Position numbers and translations under genes: made by a program
Part shown: positions 36,657 through 46,780 of the stretch, in pieces
Numbering within the stretch: the first letter of the stretch is position 1
How the letters are laid out: every line of letters begins with the position of its first letter
The notes under the pieces: generated by a model
Seen by the model: the letters and a program-made list of their open reading frames with translations, nothing else
Told to the model about the DNA's origin: nothing
Database searches by the model: none
From: a virus
Taxonomy: Duplodnaviria > Caudoviricetes
Virus record (IMG/VR): IMGVR_UViG_3300032213_001563
Location: 1-61,519 of that record
Length of the DNA stretch: 61,519 bases
Strand: one strand, 5' to 3'

Positions 36657-38689
36657 GGCAAGATCTCAGTGACTTTAATCGTGCTGCGCATTGTGTTTCC
36701 CCAAGTCGGGGTAGTGAAGTCGTTAATGTAAATTGTGCCAGTTCCCGCAGCTCGACCAAAGCGCACTCTGAAAGTTTGGGGTGAGGTTGTCCCAGGAGAG
36801 ACACGGGCAACAAGTGGTAGCTGGTTATAATAACCGTTCGCCGATATAGTTTGTGCGGTTGTAGCAGTGGCGTCAGTCTCACTATTGCGGAACAAAGTAG
36901 CGACGATCGTCACTACTCCGCTCCCAATAACAGCTAGGTTGACCTCAACTAGCAAGGTTGACGAAGCATTAGACGGCGTGACGGTAATGTCTAGTTCTGA
37001 GTATGCCGTCCCTTCGTTGCTTTGCGGGATCGTATCGTCGTTAGGTATGACGATGCTTGTTGAAGTCTTCGCCGTAGCGTCTTGGATATACCCACGCTGG
37101 ATCATCAATCCTCCGTTAATACCTAGTGTCGTGCGTGTCGCGGATGCGCTGGCTTGTGTGAGTAGGCTACGCCCAAACGTGGTGGTAGATAGTGCCGCAA
37201 TGCTGGTAAGGTCAGCGTCGAGAGGTTGATAATTCGCGGCGACAGTCGCTGAGGTAACAAAAGCACTCGCGGGGGAGCCCTGCAAGGTGGCCGCATCTAC
37301 TCCAGTGACTAAACTGCCGTCGATAGGTTCTATTCGGCGCGGCACAGCGGACTGGCCAGAGGTGGAGACAAAGTAAGAAAACGTCGGTGCGTACTGAGTA
37401 ATGTTTACCGAGCGCCCAGGCCCCAGTGTCTTTTCAGTTACGGATAAAGAGGTGCCTCCTGCGCTACCAGTGGCAGCGGTAAAATCACCCCCAGCATTGA
37501 TTGCTGAAATAAGGGCATCCCTCACTTGTTCCAAAGATACTGGAGTTGATAAACTTATCGGAGTTCCACTAGCAGTAGGCGAGGAGCCATCACCGTCGAT
37601 GACAAAATAATACGTTACAGCCGACCCACTAGCGAGCGCCCAAAGAACAATCGCGTCACCGGGAGAGGGCGCTGAAGTAATGATCACTTGAGTGACTTCA
37701 TAGGTTCCAGTTACAGCAGCCTGAGCAGCGACAAAATTAGAGAGCTCGCCGGATCGAATGAATCCGCCGGTAGTGCCGACTTCATCGCTTAGAACACCAG
37801 CTAGCTGAGCACTTGTAGTCGAGGCGAATTGAGCCAGGGAGCCAGATGTGAGGGCATCGCCTGATCCAGCTACAATGGTCTGCCAAGTGTTATCGCCTCG
37901 CAGAAACTTGGTGCTGATACTGGTGCCGGTTCCCAGCCGGGCAGCGGATACAATACCGCTGGAGATGTTGGAGGCGTTTAGAGAACTAGAGCTTGTCAGG
38001 TAGGTTGACGCAGCCGTCGCGGAGGTAAGATAAGTCGAAGCAGCCGTCGCGGATGTTAAGTAGGTTGACGAGGCATTCGCAGACGTCAGATAGGTTGACG
38101 CGGCATTCGCAGACGTCAGATAGGTTGACGCGGCGGAAGAGATGGTCAGGTAAGTCGAAGCGGCAGTAGCCGGGGTGAGATAAGTCGCAGCAGCCGTAGC
38201 TGGAGTCAGATAGGTTGACGCGGCGGCAGCGGTGGTCAGGTAGTCTGATAGGTTGGCGCTCTGTGTGGCAAGAGTGCCCAAGCCAAGAGTGGCCCGGACA
38301 GCAGCGGCATCGGCTTGGGTAAGCAGACTACGCCCAAACGTGGTTGTAGATAGTGCTGCAATGTTGGTGAGGTCGGCGTCAAGCGGTTGGTATGCCAAAG
38401 CGGCTGCTGTAGTCGTCAACGCATCCGTGATGCCGAAGCCAGAAACGGTTGTTGGCTTGCTGGTGATGCTTGACCATGGCACCGTCAAACCCGTGAGGAA
38501 CCCGGTAGCCGTGCCGTTATTCACAATCGAAGCGCCGGAGTTGATCGTCAAGGTAGTCCCGGATGGGACGACGAGGCTTTCCGTCAGCGCGTTACCGCTG
38601 ATTGTCTTGATGACGTTCTTGGTCTGAGCCCCTGCGATAGAGGCAAAGATCAAGTAGATGCACAGAAGCAGGAGGGGAGGTGGTCTCAT
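36653..38689 (-). CDS. Tail fibre-like protein with signal-peptide-like N-terminus
   Basis: YLTxAxAAST repeats, duplicated YQPLDADLTxIAALSTTTFGRSLLTQA, KFLRGDNTW, C-terminal beta-sandwich ending STIKVTEI. Confidence 0.7.
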   Translation of the reverse strand: MRPPPLLLLCIYLIFASIAGAQTKNVIKTISGNALTESLVVPSGTTLTINSGASIVNNGTATGFLTGLTVPWSSITSKPTTVSGFGITDALTTTAAALAYQPLDADLTNIAALSTTTFGRSLLTQADAAAVRATLGLGTLATQSANLSDYLTTAAAASTYLTPATAAATYLTPATAASTYLTISSAASTYLTSANAASTYLTSANASSTYLTSATAASTYLTSATAASTYLTSSSSLNASNISSGIVSAARLGTGTSISTKFLRGDNTWQTIVAGSGDALTSGSLAQFASTTSAQLAGVLSDEVGTTGGFIRSGELSNFVAAQAAVTGTYEVTQVIITSAPSPGDAIVLWALASGSAVTYYFVIDGDGSSPTASGTPISLSTPVSLEQVRDALISAINAGGDFTAATGSAGGTSLSVTEKTLGPGRSVNITQYAPTFSYFVSTSGQSAVPRRIEPIDGSLVTGVDAATLQGSPASAFVTSATVAANYQPLDADLTSIAALSTTTFGRSLLTQASASATRTTLGINGGLMIQRGYIQDATAKTSTSIVIPNDDTIPQSNEGTAYSELDITVTPSNASSTLLVEVNLAVIGSGVVTIVATLFRNSETDATATTAQTISANGYYNQLPLVARVSPGTTSPQTFRVRFGRAAGTGTIYINDFTTPTWGNTMRSTIKVTEILP

Positions 38690-38692
38690 AGT

Positions 38693-39376
38693 TTAGGCAA
38701 GTCGTTTCCAAACACGCGGATTGGAGGTCGCATCAAAGTCGTCGGGACGAACAATCCCGGCTGAAGGGTTCTCCGCATCGGTGCCTGGGAACAACCGCCA
38801 TGTCTGCATCTCACTGGCGATGTAGCACATGATGAGGAGCCCGTCCCGTCCAAGGGTAATGACGCTGTCAAGGGCATTAGACCCTCCGCCAGTCAAGGCG
38901 TCAATCTCGCGTAGATACAGCGGAGCGGTCGGAACCGTTTCATACGCTGGCTGGACAGCACCAGCCACAGAGGCGCTTTGGCTGACTTCCAATGTTACCG
39001 GTGATGTAGAGAAGCTAGTGTAGCCAGAGACTACACGAACCTCGAAAGTAAGTGGCACGACGCCTTGAGAAGCCAGCGCAGATACAATAGAGCTGACTGC
39101 AAAGCTTACGCCGGGAAAGCGATAGACCGTCGAAGCCCCGCGCCCAAAGATTGACGCATTGTTAGCAAACACAATCGGTGTCCTAGATCCAGGGCCAGCA
39201 TACGCGACAAGCGCAACAGTGCTGCCAGCAGGTAGAGGAACAACACGTCCATTAGTAGAGAAGCTGACGTCAACAGGGATAAGGTCATCCCTTCGAGCTG
39301 TGAGCTTGCGGATTGGAGTGCGAGCTCGTGGAGAGCTGACCAAGATATGGTCGGAGAGATCGACGTGTAACTTCAT
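38693..39376 (-). CDS. Putative fibre-attachment/structural protein
   Basis: Beta-rich; between capsid and fibre genes. Confidence 0.5.
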   Translation of the reverse strand: MKLHVDLSDHILVSSPRARTPIRKLTARRDDLIPVDVSFSTNGRVVPLPAGSTVALVAYAGPGSRTPIVFANNASIFGRGASTVYRFPGVSFAVSSIVSALASQGVVPLTFEVRVVSGYTSFSTSPVTLEVSQSASVAGAVQPAYETVPTAPLYLREIDALTGGGSNALDSVITLGRDGLLIMCYIASEMQTWRLFPGTDAENPSAGIVRPDDFDATSNPRVWKRLA

Positions 39377-39378
39377 TT

Positions 39379-39651
39379 TTAGTCCAAGCTGGCTTTGCCA
39401 AACTTGATCTCGACTTGGTTGACGAAGCCTGACTCACCGTCATCTTCGCTTTCCTCGTCGCCTTCTTCGCCACAGCCACACTCGCTTCCTTCCAAGCTGA
39501 CGAGGGTCAACTTGTTACCGGCTTCGAGCCGGATCTCTGCCATAGCCGCGAAGGTGTCACCTACTTTGACTCCCTCAGGAAGTTCAAAATCTTCGGGCAT
39601 GGGGAACATTTGCATCGCGGGAATAGGGTAGAAGGGGTTCAGGGGTATCAT
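39379..39651 (-). CDS. Small acidic hypothetical protein
   Basis: Start MIPLNP just after the post-capsid hairpin. Confidence 0.55.
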   Translation of the reverse strand: MIPLNPFYPIPAMQMFPMPEDFELPEGVKVGDTFAAMAEIRLEAGNKLTLVSLEGSECGCGEEGDEESEDDGESGFVNQVEIKFGKASLD

Positions 39652-39658
39652 AGAATTA

Positions 39659-39684
39659 GGGGAGGAGGTTTGACCCTCCTCCCC
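39659..39684 (-). terminator. Hairpin after the major capsid gene (terminator or mRNA stabiliser)
   Basis: GGGGAGGAGG-N6-CCTCCTCCCC; weak U-tail. Confidence 0.55.
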
Positions 39685-39700
39685 GTCATTCATTCACACC

Positions 39701-41014
39701 TTACGGAGCGACCGGAGTCGGATCGGAGGTGGCGTCGCAAGCCAGACCAGCAACGCTAGGAGCGCAGCGGCGGAAGCGGAACACCGACGCAAGGTCCGGG
39801 GAGATTGGCTTCGCAGCGCAGCTCAGCACACCACGGAAGAAGCCAATCGTCCCGTCAGGGTTGGTGGTTTCGTGCGGGATGTTGAGCCAGCGGAAGTCGC
39901 CCATGTAGTTCTGGGCGGTGAAGGCGGTGCCGCCGCCAGGAGCGGTGAGGGCCTTCGGAACCTGGAACTCCAGGGCTTCGCGAACGTAAACGTAAGCTTC
40001 TTCGATGTCAGCGACTTCGTAGGCGCTGTTCAGAATGAACTTGCGTCCATTGGTGGTTTCCACTGGAACGAACGGAAGGACTTCGGAGAAAGCTGCACTG
40101 ACGATGTTGAACCGGCGAGGGAACATGTCCACGAGGTAGAACCAGCCCTTGTAGGAGCGTTCCACACCCAGAGGAGCCAACAGCTCATTGACGCGGGAGT
40201 TGTTGTAGCGGAAGTCGTCGCGCAGATTCAGCGCACCGATACCACGGAACAAGAACTCCTGGGCTTCAGGGCTGAGCACCACGGCATAAACCGGGCGACC
40301 ATTTTCCATACCCCAAGGCTCAGCGCCTTCGCGGACGAGCTTGAGATAGACGCGGTCAAGGATGCCCTGAGAGATATGTCTCATGGCAGCAGTTCTAGCT
40401 GCGTCATCTGCACCGGCTGGAACAGCCCACGTGTCAGAACCGTCAACATTGGTCATTGTGGAAGTGACCACCACTTTGCTCTCGGCCATGTCGGCGTAAG
40501 CAGAGCGGTAGTAGGATTCCCAAGCCCACTTGGTGTTGTCCTTGAGGATGTTGAACATCGCCGTGAGCTGATCCCGGCGCTTCGCAGCAAAGCGAAGGTC
40601 ATGGACGCAGATCTTGGGGCTCTGCACAGCAGCCTGCTTGAGGCCGTAGGAGCGAACCGTCTGGCCAAAGCCGATGGTAGCTGGGGTAGGTAGGCAGGTG
40701 CCGAGCGTCTGAGGATTAGGGTTCAGCGAACCGTCCAGACCACCAGGAGCGCCGTCGTTGCCGAAGTACTGCTGAGTGTTGACGTCGGTCCAGGTCAGGC
40801 CAGCGCCGTTACCCGGAAGGGAGCGTTCCCATGTGAGGACGTTAATGACGTCGCCCATTTCGTCAGGGAAAGAACCGCGCTGAGCGAGGTTGATCCATGC
40901 GGAAGTGTTGAGCGACTTGGTGTAGATGTCAGGGCCAATGCGGCCAGCCTCGTTGACGAGGATGGAGTTCACAGAGTCGAGCTGAGCTGCGGAGAGAGTA
41001 GCGATAGCGGGCAT
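39701..41014 (-). CDS. Major capsid protein
   Basis: 437 aa from MPAIAT; follows portal and scaffold; strong codon bias; candidate own promoter upstream and hairpin downstream. Confidence 0.8.
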   Translation of the reverse strand: MPAIATLSAAQLDSVNSILVNEAGRIGPDIYTKSLNTSAWINLAQRGSFPDEMGDVINVLTWERSLPGNGAGLTWTDVNTQQYFGNDGAPGGLDGSLNPNPQTLGTCLPTPATIGFGQTVRSYGLKQAAVQSPKICVHDLRFAAKRRDQLTAMFNILKDNTKWAWESYYRSAYADMAESKVVVTSTMTNVDGSDTWAVPAGADDAARTAAMRHISQGILDRVYLKLVREGAEPWGMENGRPVYAVVLSPEAQEFLFRGIGALNLRDDFRYNNSRVNELLAPLGVERSYKGWFYLVDMFPRRFNIVSAAFSEVLPFVPVETTNGRKFILNSAYEVADIEEAYVYVREALEFQVPKALTAPGGGTAFTAQNYMGDFRWLNIPHETTNPDGTIGFFRGVLSCAAKPISPDLASVFRFRRCAPSVAGLACDATSDPTPVAP

Positions 41015-41130
41015 AACAGAAGAAGAGGAGGATGAGGTTGACTGACGGTGGGCTCCCCGAGCCAAGGGAATGTAGGCTCTTAGATCTCTGGCAGTGAACG
41101 GTATTAGAGTTACCGAGCGAACTCGCCGTC

Positions 41131-41158
41131 AAACTATGACGAGCCCTCCGTCAGTCAA
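41131..41158 (-). promoter_or_regulatory. Candidate sigma70-like promoter for the capsid gene
   Basis: TTGACT-N16-TAGTTT on the minus strand in the scaffold-capsid gap. Confidence 0.4.
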
Positions 41159-41166
41159 GAAAAATC

Positions 41167-42321
41167 TCATCGACCCCCAAGCCCTGCCTCGATCGCGTCA
41201 AGGAACGACCCAGGTTTAGCGCCTGACGCTGGAGCACTGCCGCCGGGAGCTGGCGTAGCTCCTTTGAATGCTCCGATCTGACGCTCCAGTTCGGCGATCC
41301 GATTGCTCTTCTCACGCAACGCCTTAGCTACTCTAGGCAATGCAGCCCCAGCGTAGGCAATATAGGCGCGAAGTCCTGGATCTGCGGAGTTGAAATCCAC
41401 GGTGTCGGCTTCAGCGCGAATAGACTTGGCGGTCGCCTCGTCTGCCAGGAAAGGAAGCTTTTGGGTCAAGAGTTCCCAAGTTTCGTCAGAGGCTGCCTTC
41501 TGCTTGCGAAGCTCTTCGACCGACTGACGGCGCTGAGTTTCAGCGCGTTCGAGCTCAAACTTCTTCAGAGTCTCCGCAGCGTTCTCCTCAAGAGCAACCT
41601 TGGTGTCAACCACCGCGTCAAACTCTTCGGCAGCGCGGTAAAGCTTCAGGCGGTCAGGTTCGAGCATCGTCTCGGCTAGTTGGGCCAGCTTTCTGACACG
41701 ATCCTTACGATTGCCCTCAACCACGGCAGCGTTAAGTGCCTCAAGATCAAGCTCATAGGTATCGGCAAGATCCTCAACGACAGAGCGAATCGACTCAATA
41801 GGCTGGGTCACACGTTTCTGATACTCTTCGGTAGCTTCCAGTTTGATGCCAGTGATCTCACGCTCGTAGGTTTCGAGCTTCTCACGCAGCGAGCTAACTT
41901 CCGCCTCAGCCGCTTTGAGTTTGTTCAACTCTTCAGCAGGGACTTGGGAAGTCGAAGCTTCTTCGTACTTGCGCTTCCACTCTTTGATCTCGGACTTGAG
42001 TTCTTTCCAGCGGTTCCCAGCTTTTTCCGTCAAGCCTTCAGGAACGACGTCATCGTCGGTGTCGGGCTTCTGGGTTTGAGGGGTGGTTTCGTCAGGCTTG
42101 TCTTTACCGAGGAAAGACGCCATGTCGTCATCTCCAGAAAGAGTAGTTTCTCCAGAGGCGGGAGGAGTAGTTTCTCCAGAGGCGAGAGGAGTAGTTTCTC
42201 CAGCAGCGGGAGGAGTAGTCTCTCCAGGGGAGGGGGCCGGTGTGGAGAACAGGTCGTCAAGTCCGCCTAAGCGGTCGATGATCGTGCTAGTGTCTGGGGT
42301 GTCGGTGGGTGCGTCTGGCAT
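41167..42321 (-). CDS. Capsid scaffolding protein
   Basis: Acidic/Pro-rich N-terminus with GETTP repeats and a long coiled coil, between portal and capsid. Confidence 0.7.
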   Translation of the reverse strand: MPDAPTDTPDTSTIIDRLGGLDDLFSTPAPSPGETTPPAAGETTPLASGETTPPASGETTLSGDDDMASFLGKDKPDETTPQTQKPDTDDDVVPEGLTEKAGNRWKELKSEIKEWKRKYEEASTSQVPAEELNKLKAAEAEVSSLREKLETYEREITGIKLEATEEYQKRVTQPIESIRSVVEDLADTYELDLEALNAAVVEGNRKDRVRKLAQLAETMLEPDRLKLYRAAEEFDAVVDTKVALEENAAETLKKFELERAETQRRQSVEELRKQKAASDETWELLTQKLPFLADEATAKSIRAEADTVDFNSADPGLRAYIAYAGAALPRVAKALREKSNRIAELERQIGAFKGATPAPGGSAPASGAKPGSFLDAIEAGLGGR

Positions 42322-42359
42322 TTTGGGCGTGGGTTATGGGGTGATTAAGTGGAAGGTTT

Positions 42360-42701
42360 TTAAAGGCTAGCTGAGTCGGGAGGAGAACCAGCCCAACTCC
42401 AAGCACCTAATGATTCAATCTCTCCGGCTTTACGAGCGCGGGACATTGACGCTTCATCGACTGACGGGAGGTTGCGCAGTGCTTTTAGACAAGCTTCCCA
42501 GCCTGCATGGAACTGGTGGCAAAGCGCCCCGGCCCCTAGATCTGAACTAGGTAGTGGCTTGGGCGAATTCATCTGCCGAAGAACAGCGAATGCGCCTACC
42601 ATGTAAGGTTGGCGCAACGCTGATTCGAGTTGAAAGCGGTAGGTTTCTGATTTGGACCACTCGGCAAGGGTGGTTGGTGTTGGCGGTGCTGTATCGGGCA
42701 T
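42360..42701 (-). CDS. Hypothetical protein between portal and scaffold
   Basis: Position typical of podovirus small head genes. Confidence 0.6.
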   Translation of the reverse strand: MPDTAPPTPTTLAEWSKSETYRFQLESALRQPYMVGAFAVLRQMNSPKPLPSSDLGAGALCHQFHAGWEACLKALRNLPSVDEASMSRARKAGEIESLGAWSWAGSPPDSASL

Positions 42702-42707
42702 AGGAAA

Positions 42708-44972
42708 TTATACACCAAGTCGGCGGAGCTTAGCTGCCTCCTTGGCGTCATTTAGCGCCTGCTTCTGGGCAAACTCAGCTTGACGTAGCTGAATCTTCTG
42801 CTGGTGCTCTTCTTGTTTCATCTGCAGGCGCAGATTGTGTTCGATCAGTTTCCGCTCCATTTCAGGAGGAAGAGATTGATCTTGTGGTGCTTCGGCTTGC
42901 TGGCCTTCCGCAGCGGCGGCTTCTTCAGCCTTACGAGCCTCTGCCTTGAGCTTCTCTTGACCGTTCCAGATCATTTCGCCGTATTGCTGGAGCTGCTGAC
43001 GATAGACGGCGGCCATGTCAGAGATAGCAGGGTCAACCCCGCCCATCTCGACATGCTGAGTCGCATGAGCGTGAAGCATAACCATTGGTTGAACAGCCTC
43101 AGCAAGAGTAGTCGCACCGGATTCTAGCGCGTCAAAGTATTGGCGCAGGCGAGCGTCGTGGTGCTTCAAGTGGATGAGGTGCAGCTCGTTCGACTGAGCT
43201 TGAATGTCCTCTCCACTTATCAAGTGTGAGTTCTCCAACACAGCCAACTTGTCATCAATAGTTGGGCGAGGTTCGGTCTTCTCAGGGACGTAACGATCTG
43301 CCAAGTCATACCCAACACGAGCGGCCACACGGTCGCGCAGAAGGTTATGTCTCCCAACGTCGTCGAAAGATGGAGCTTCTCTGGCCAGCTCATTGAGGAT
43401 AAGCTGACGAGCCTCGGGAGACCCGCCACCCACAGCACGGTTCACAGTGCAACGGTCAAAGTCGATGACACCAAAAGCTTCTTCTGGGATTCCGTCTTCG
43501 AGGATGCGGTCGCGTAGTTCGGTAATCAAATCACCGCCGGGCAGGTCACGACCGTAGTCAAGGTTGAAGGCGCGACGAGCAACTTCGCGAAGCAGGTTCT
43601 GGAAGGGCTCATAGAAAAGATTCAGGCTCGTAATGCTGAGCTTGCTCATGCGGGCAACATAAGCTTCGACCTCGAACCGAGTGCGCTCTTTGTCGTCAGC
43701 AAACATGCCGACCGAGCTGTATTGGCCAGACTTGCTCTGCAACAGTGAAGACATGTCGCTGATAACCGGCATCGCGTTGCTGGATAGGTTCGGGATCGTG
43801 CGCTCGATAACTTTGTTGCCGGGCGTCAAGATCGCGTATGGGCCGTAGTAAGTCAGCGATAAGTCAGCGAGCGCCTGCTCGTCAGCGGGCTGGATCATCA
43901 CCGAGCTTGACAGCATGGCCGCGTCAACCACCTGATTTCTCAGACGGTTGGAGACTTGGATGTGCGGGTAGATCTTGTAACCGAGGCCGCGAATGCTGTG
44001 CATGTAGCCGTTAGACCCGATGCCGAACATGAATACATGGAACGGCGGACGGTTGGCCGGATACTTGTCTTCCTTCTTGTAGATGAACTTGTCCGGAGTG
44101 CCGATGTCAAGGAACTGGTAGTGGGACCACATTCCAGAGAACTCCTTGACCCAGAGATGGCCAATCGGAATCTCATTGCCAACACAGTCAAAGTAGAGGT
44201 CATTGTTCTTCAGGCGCTCTTGAACCTGCTCCCAATCCATGACGCGGCGGTCGCCAGCAGCATTGACGGACTTGACCAAAGCTTCACGAACCGCCGCTAC
44301 ATCCCAGCCTAGCTCGGCTGCTTGCTCAGGGTTTTTAATGAAGGAGAAAAGCTGAGACGGGCGGTAACGCTGGATGCTCCCAGCAAGCTCAAGAGAGCCG
44401 GGATCAGCGAGCGTGTGGCGCGGGAAAAAGAAATCGCCCAGCTTGGCAACATGCCATCGCCAGTCGAGGTGGTCAGGATAGTAGCAGACGGAGATGCCGT
44501 CGGCCACAAAATGGTGGCAGCAATAGAGGAACCGATGGAAAAAGCTTCCCCACTTACGCAGCATACCAGTGAAATGCTTGCTCATGGACGACTCATAGCG
44601 CATACGCTCGGGAGCCGAGAATGAGTTAGGTCGCAGACGGAACCTCAGGAACTCGTCGGTGTTGGAGAACAGATCGACGTAACCGCTCATGCTAAACTCA
44701 AGCATTGCACCGGCCTCGTCAAAGTTCAGGTTTGACCTACCGCCTTGCCCGGTCTCGACGAGGTCTTCATCGCGATACGGGCGCTGCCCGTCAAACATTG
44801 CCTGGAATTGAGCACGCCCCCGGCTCGACTCGACATCGTCGTCAATCATCTTGTGCAACGATGCGTGAGCTGACTTTGAATCCGCGATACGGCGATCTGG
44901 GATCTTACCTGCTGAGGAAGCTGTGAGCAACCCGTCGTCGGTCTTCTGAAACTCTTGGTAGGCGTTCTGCAT
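42708..44972 (-). CDS. Portal (head-tail connector) protein
   Basis: 754 aa; position downstream of terL and upstream of scaffold/capsid; RTRFEV motif and C-terminal Q/E-rich coiled coil. Confidence 0.75.
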   Translation of the reverse strand: MQNAYQEFQKTDDGLLTASSAGKIPDRRIADSKSAHASLHKMIDDDVESSRGRAQFQAMFDGQRPYRDEDLVETGQGGRSNLNFDEAGAMLEFSMSGYVDLFSNTDEFLRFRLRPNSFSAPERMRYESSMSKHFTGMLRKWGSFFHRFLYCCHHFVADGISVCYYPDHLDWRWHVAKLGDFFFPRHTLADPGSLELAGSIQRYRPSQLFSFIKNPEQAAELGWDVAAVREALVKSVNAAGDRRVMDWEQVQERLKNNDLYFDCVGNEIPIGHLWVKEFSGMWSHYQFLDIGTPDKFIYKKEDKYPANRPPFHVFMFGIGSNGYMHSIRGLGYKIYPHIQVSNRLRNQVVDAAMLSSSVMIQPADEQALADLSLTYYGPYAILTPGNKVIERTIPNLSSNAMPVISDMSSLLQSKSGQYSSVGMFADDKERTRFEVEAYVARMSKLSITSLNLFYEPFQNLLREVARRAFNLDYGRDLPGGDLITELRDRILEDGIPEEAFGVIDFDRCTVNRAVGGGSPEARQLILNELAREAPSFDDVGRHNLLRDRVAARVGYDLADRYVPEKTEPRPTIDDKLAVLENSHLISGEDIQAQSNELHLIHLKHHDARLRQYFDALESGATTLAEAVQPMVMLHAHATQHVEMGGVDPAISDMAAVYRQQLQQYGEMIWNGQEKLKAEARKAEEAAAAEGQQAEAPQDQSLPPEMERKLIEHNLRLQMKQEEHQQKIQLRQAEFAQKQALNDAKEAAKLRRLGV

Positions 44973-44977
44973 ATTCG

Positions 44978-45718
44978 TTAGGGTTTGCGGCGGATAACTG
45001 TCGGTACCCGTGCAATAACCTCGGATTTAGTCTCCGTGTCAACTGCGACAACTTCGGGGGTTGGCTCAGGAGTCACTTCGGGGGTTGGCTCGGAGACTGG
45101 CGTAGGGGCGCTCTTGCGGGAGACTAGCACCTTGCCCCACGTTCTGGGGACAATGATCTCCGTTCCGTGCGGGTAGCGGTCAACGGCGTCAGTCAAGTGA
45201 GCAAACGTCCCAGCCCGATAAATCTGGCTCAGAGAGCTTGAATGAGCGTGGCGGACGGGAAGGGAGATTCCCTTGACACAAGGGCAGGAGTGGGCGTTGA
45301 GCCGTCGGGAAGCTCCAGCGCGGTACACACCAGTCGTGTGCAGCTCTTGCGGGCCAAGGAAAAGGGAAGTGGCGAAGCGGAGGCTATCCTCGATCCTAGT
45401 TAGCCAGCCAGCCTTACCTACAACAACCGTCCCTGGATCAAACCACAACGTGTGAGGATGCGGGTTGCGGAAGTATGACACCCACAGAAAGTTTCCTGGA
45501 TGCGACATCTGCGACATGAAAACCGCCGACAGGATCACCCCGCCAAACTTGGTCTTTTGACGAAGCTCGGTAGCAAACTTCTCGGCCTCGGCCAAGCATT
45601 CGGTAGCTGTCAAGACGTAAACTTGATGTCCGGGGCCGGGTTCTGACGCGCTCAGTGTATTGAGTAGCGCAGGGAGATGAGGTAGTGCGTCCGGGTAGAT
45701 AGGGATAGTTAGTCGCAT
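44978..45718 (-). CDS. Hypothetical protein, possibly a degenerate GT-A glycosyltransferase
   Basis: MRLTIPIY start, LWFDPGT...GWLTRI pattern, next to a GT9-like gene. Confidence 0.4.
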   Translation of the reverse strand: MRLTIPIYPDALPHLPALLNTLSASEPGPGHQVYVLTATECLAEAEKFATELRQKTKFGGVILSAVFMSQMSHPGNFLWVSYFRNPHPHTLWFDPGTVVVGKAGWLTRIEDSLRFATSLFLGPQELHTTGVYRAGASRRLNAHSCPCVKGISLPVRHAHSSSLSQIYRAGTFAHLTDAVDRYPHGTEIIVPRTWGKVLVSRKSAPTPVSEPTPEVTPEPTPEVVAVDTETKSEVIARVPTVIRRKP

Positions 45719-46779
45719 AACGCGGGGAGATAGTTGCTGACGGGAGGGATGAATCTCCGAATACATATTTTACGGGTCGCAAGCTTGAGCGCAAGTGTTG
45801 GTTTTCTAAACATTCGACGAGCGATCGCATCCTCAGCCCACTCAGGATAGAATTGAAAGTTATCTGCTAGGATCATGCGCTTCGCGTTGTCCCGGCAGAA
45901 CATGTGAAGCTCGGGCGAATACTTGCACTTGTGAAACGCAGCACTGTCAAGGTCGTCAAAGTATCGCGTAGATCTGCCTGGGCAGTCCACACGCCACCCG
46001 CCAGGAGGTGGATTCCAATCAGCGTAAGTCTCGACGAACACCTCCTCAACAGAGGACTGAACCTCTGATCCCCCGAGACCCGGAACTTCTTCAGGGAATA
46101 TGGCTCGGTTAGAGAAGCACGGGCTGGACCCATGGCGAATGTAGATGTTGTCCGGGTTACTGAGGCTGACCTCCGTAATGGCAGGAACATGAGCTCCCTC
46201 AACGATAGCTAACGCAGGTGATTGGTTGCCAATGAACAGCGAAGCACTGAGGCACAGGTCAAGGGTTGACCCACCCCAATCGGTTTCGGGGTATTTGACT
46301 GTTACGGAGCTGGGGATCAGGGGTGAAAAAGCGGCATACTCTTCAGGAGTCCCGACAAAAAAGATGGGGTTGCGCCTCACTGCACTCAACAGAGCGCCCC
46401 ACGGGAACAGAGAGTTGTGCTGCGTCAGTGTTCGTGAGACCACGATATGGTCGCTGACGGACGTCATGCGCTCGAACCAAGGCTTGAAGTCGTATATCCC
46501 ACAATAGTAGCTCATCTTGGCAAGCATTGACCTGCCATCCTGACCACACGGATACGGACGTAAGTCTAATCCATACTGAAGCAGTGGGGGAAGAGCACGG
46601 TAAACCCCTCGAATCCAGCTCATTCGAGAAGCCAGCGCACTGATCTCGTCAAAGTGATCACGCGCCGCAGGCTCACAAGTAGGGTAGTAAACATGGTGGG
46701 GGCCACCAGGGATGCGAGAGAAAATTCCGAGGGCGTAGAATGCCTCGTGAAGGCGTTTCGCCGGAGATACTATTTTCAT
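45709..46779 (-). CDS. Glycosyltransferase, GT9 (heptosyltransferase)-like
   Basis: IFFVGTPEEY...LCLSASLFIGNQSPALAIVEGAHVP resembles the GT9 C-terminal motif. Confidence 0.6.
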   Translation of the reverse strand: MKIVSPAKRLHEAFYALGIFSRIPGGPHHVYYPTCEPAARDHFDEISALASRMSWIRGVYRALPPLLQYGLDLRPYPCGQDGRSMLAKMSYYCGIYDFKPWFERMTSVSDHIVVSRTLTQHNSLFPWGALLSAVRRNPIFFVGTPEEYAAFSPLIPSSVTVKYPETDWGGSTLDLCLSASLFIGNQSPALAIVEGAHVPAITEVSLSNPDNIYIRHGSSPCFSNRAIFPEEVPGLGGSEVQSSVEEVFVETYADWNPPPGGWRVDCPGRSTRYFDDLDSAAFHKCKYSPELHMFCRDNAKRMILADNFQFYPEWAEDAIARRMFRKPTLALKLATRKICIRRFIPPVSNYLPALCD

Positions 46780-46780
46780 G

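Noticed and set aside
41130-41142. 13-bp match CAAACTATGACGA shared with 59075-59087
   Set aside because: Matches of this length are expected by chance in a 61-kb sequence
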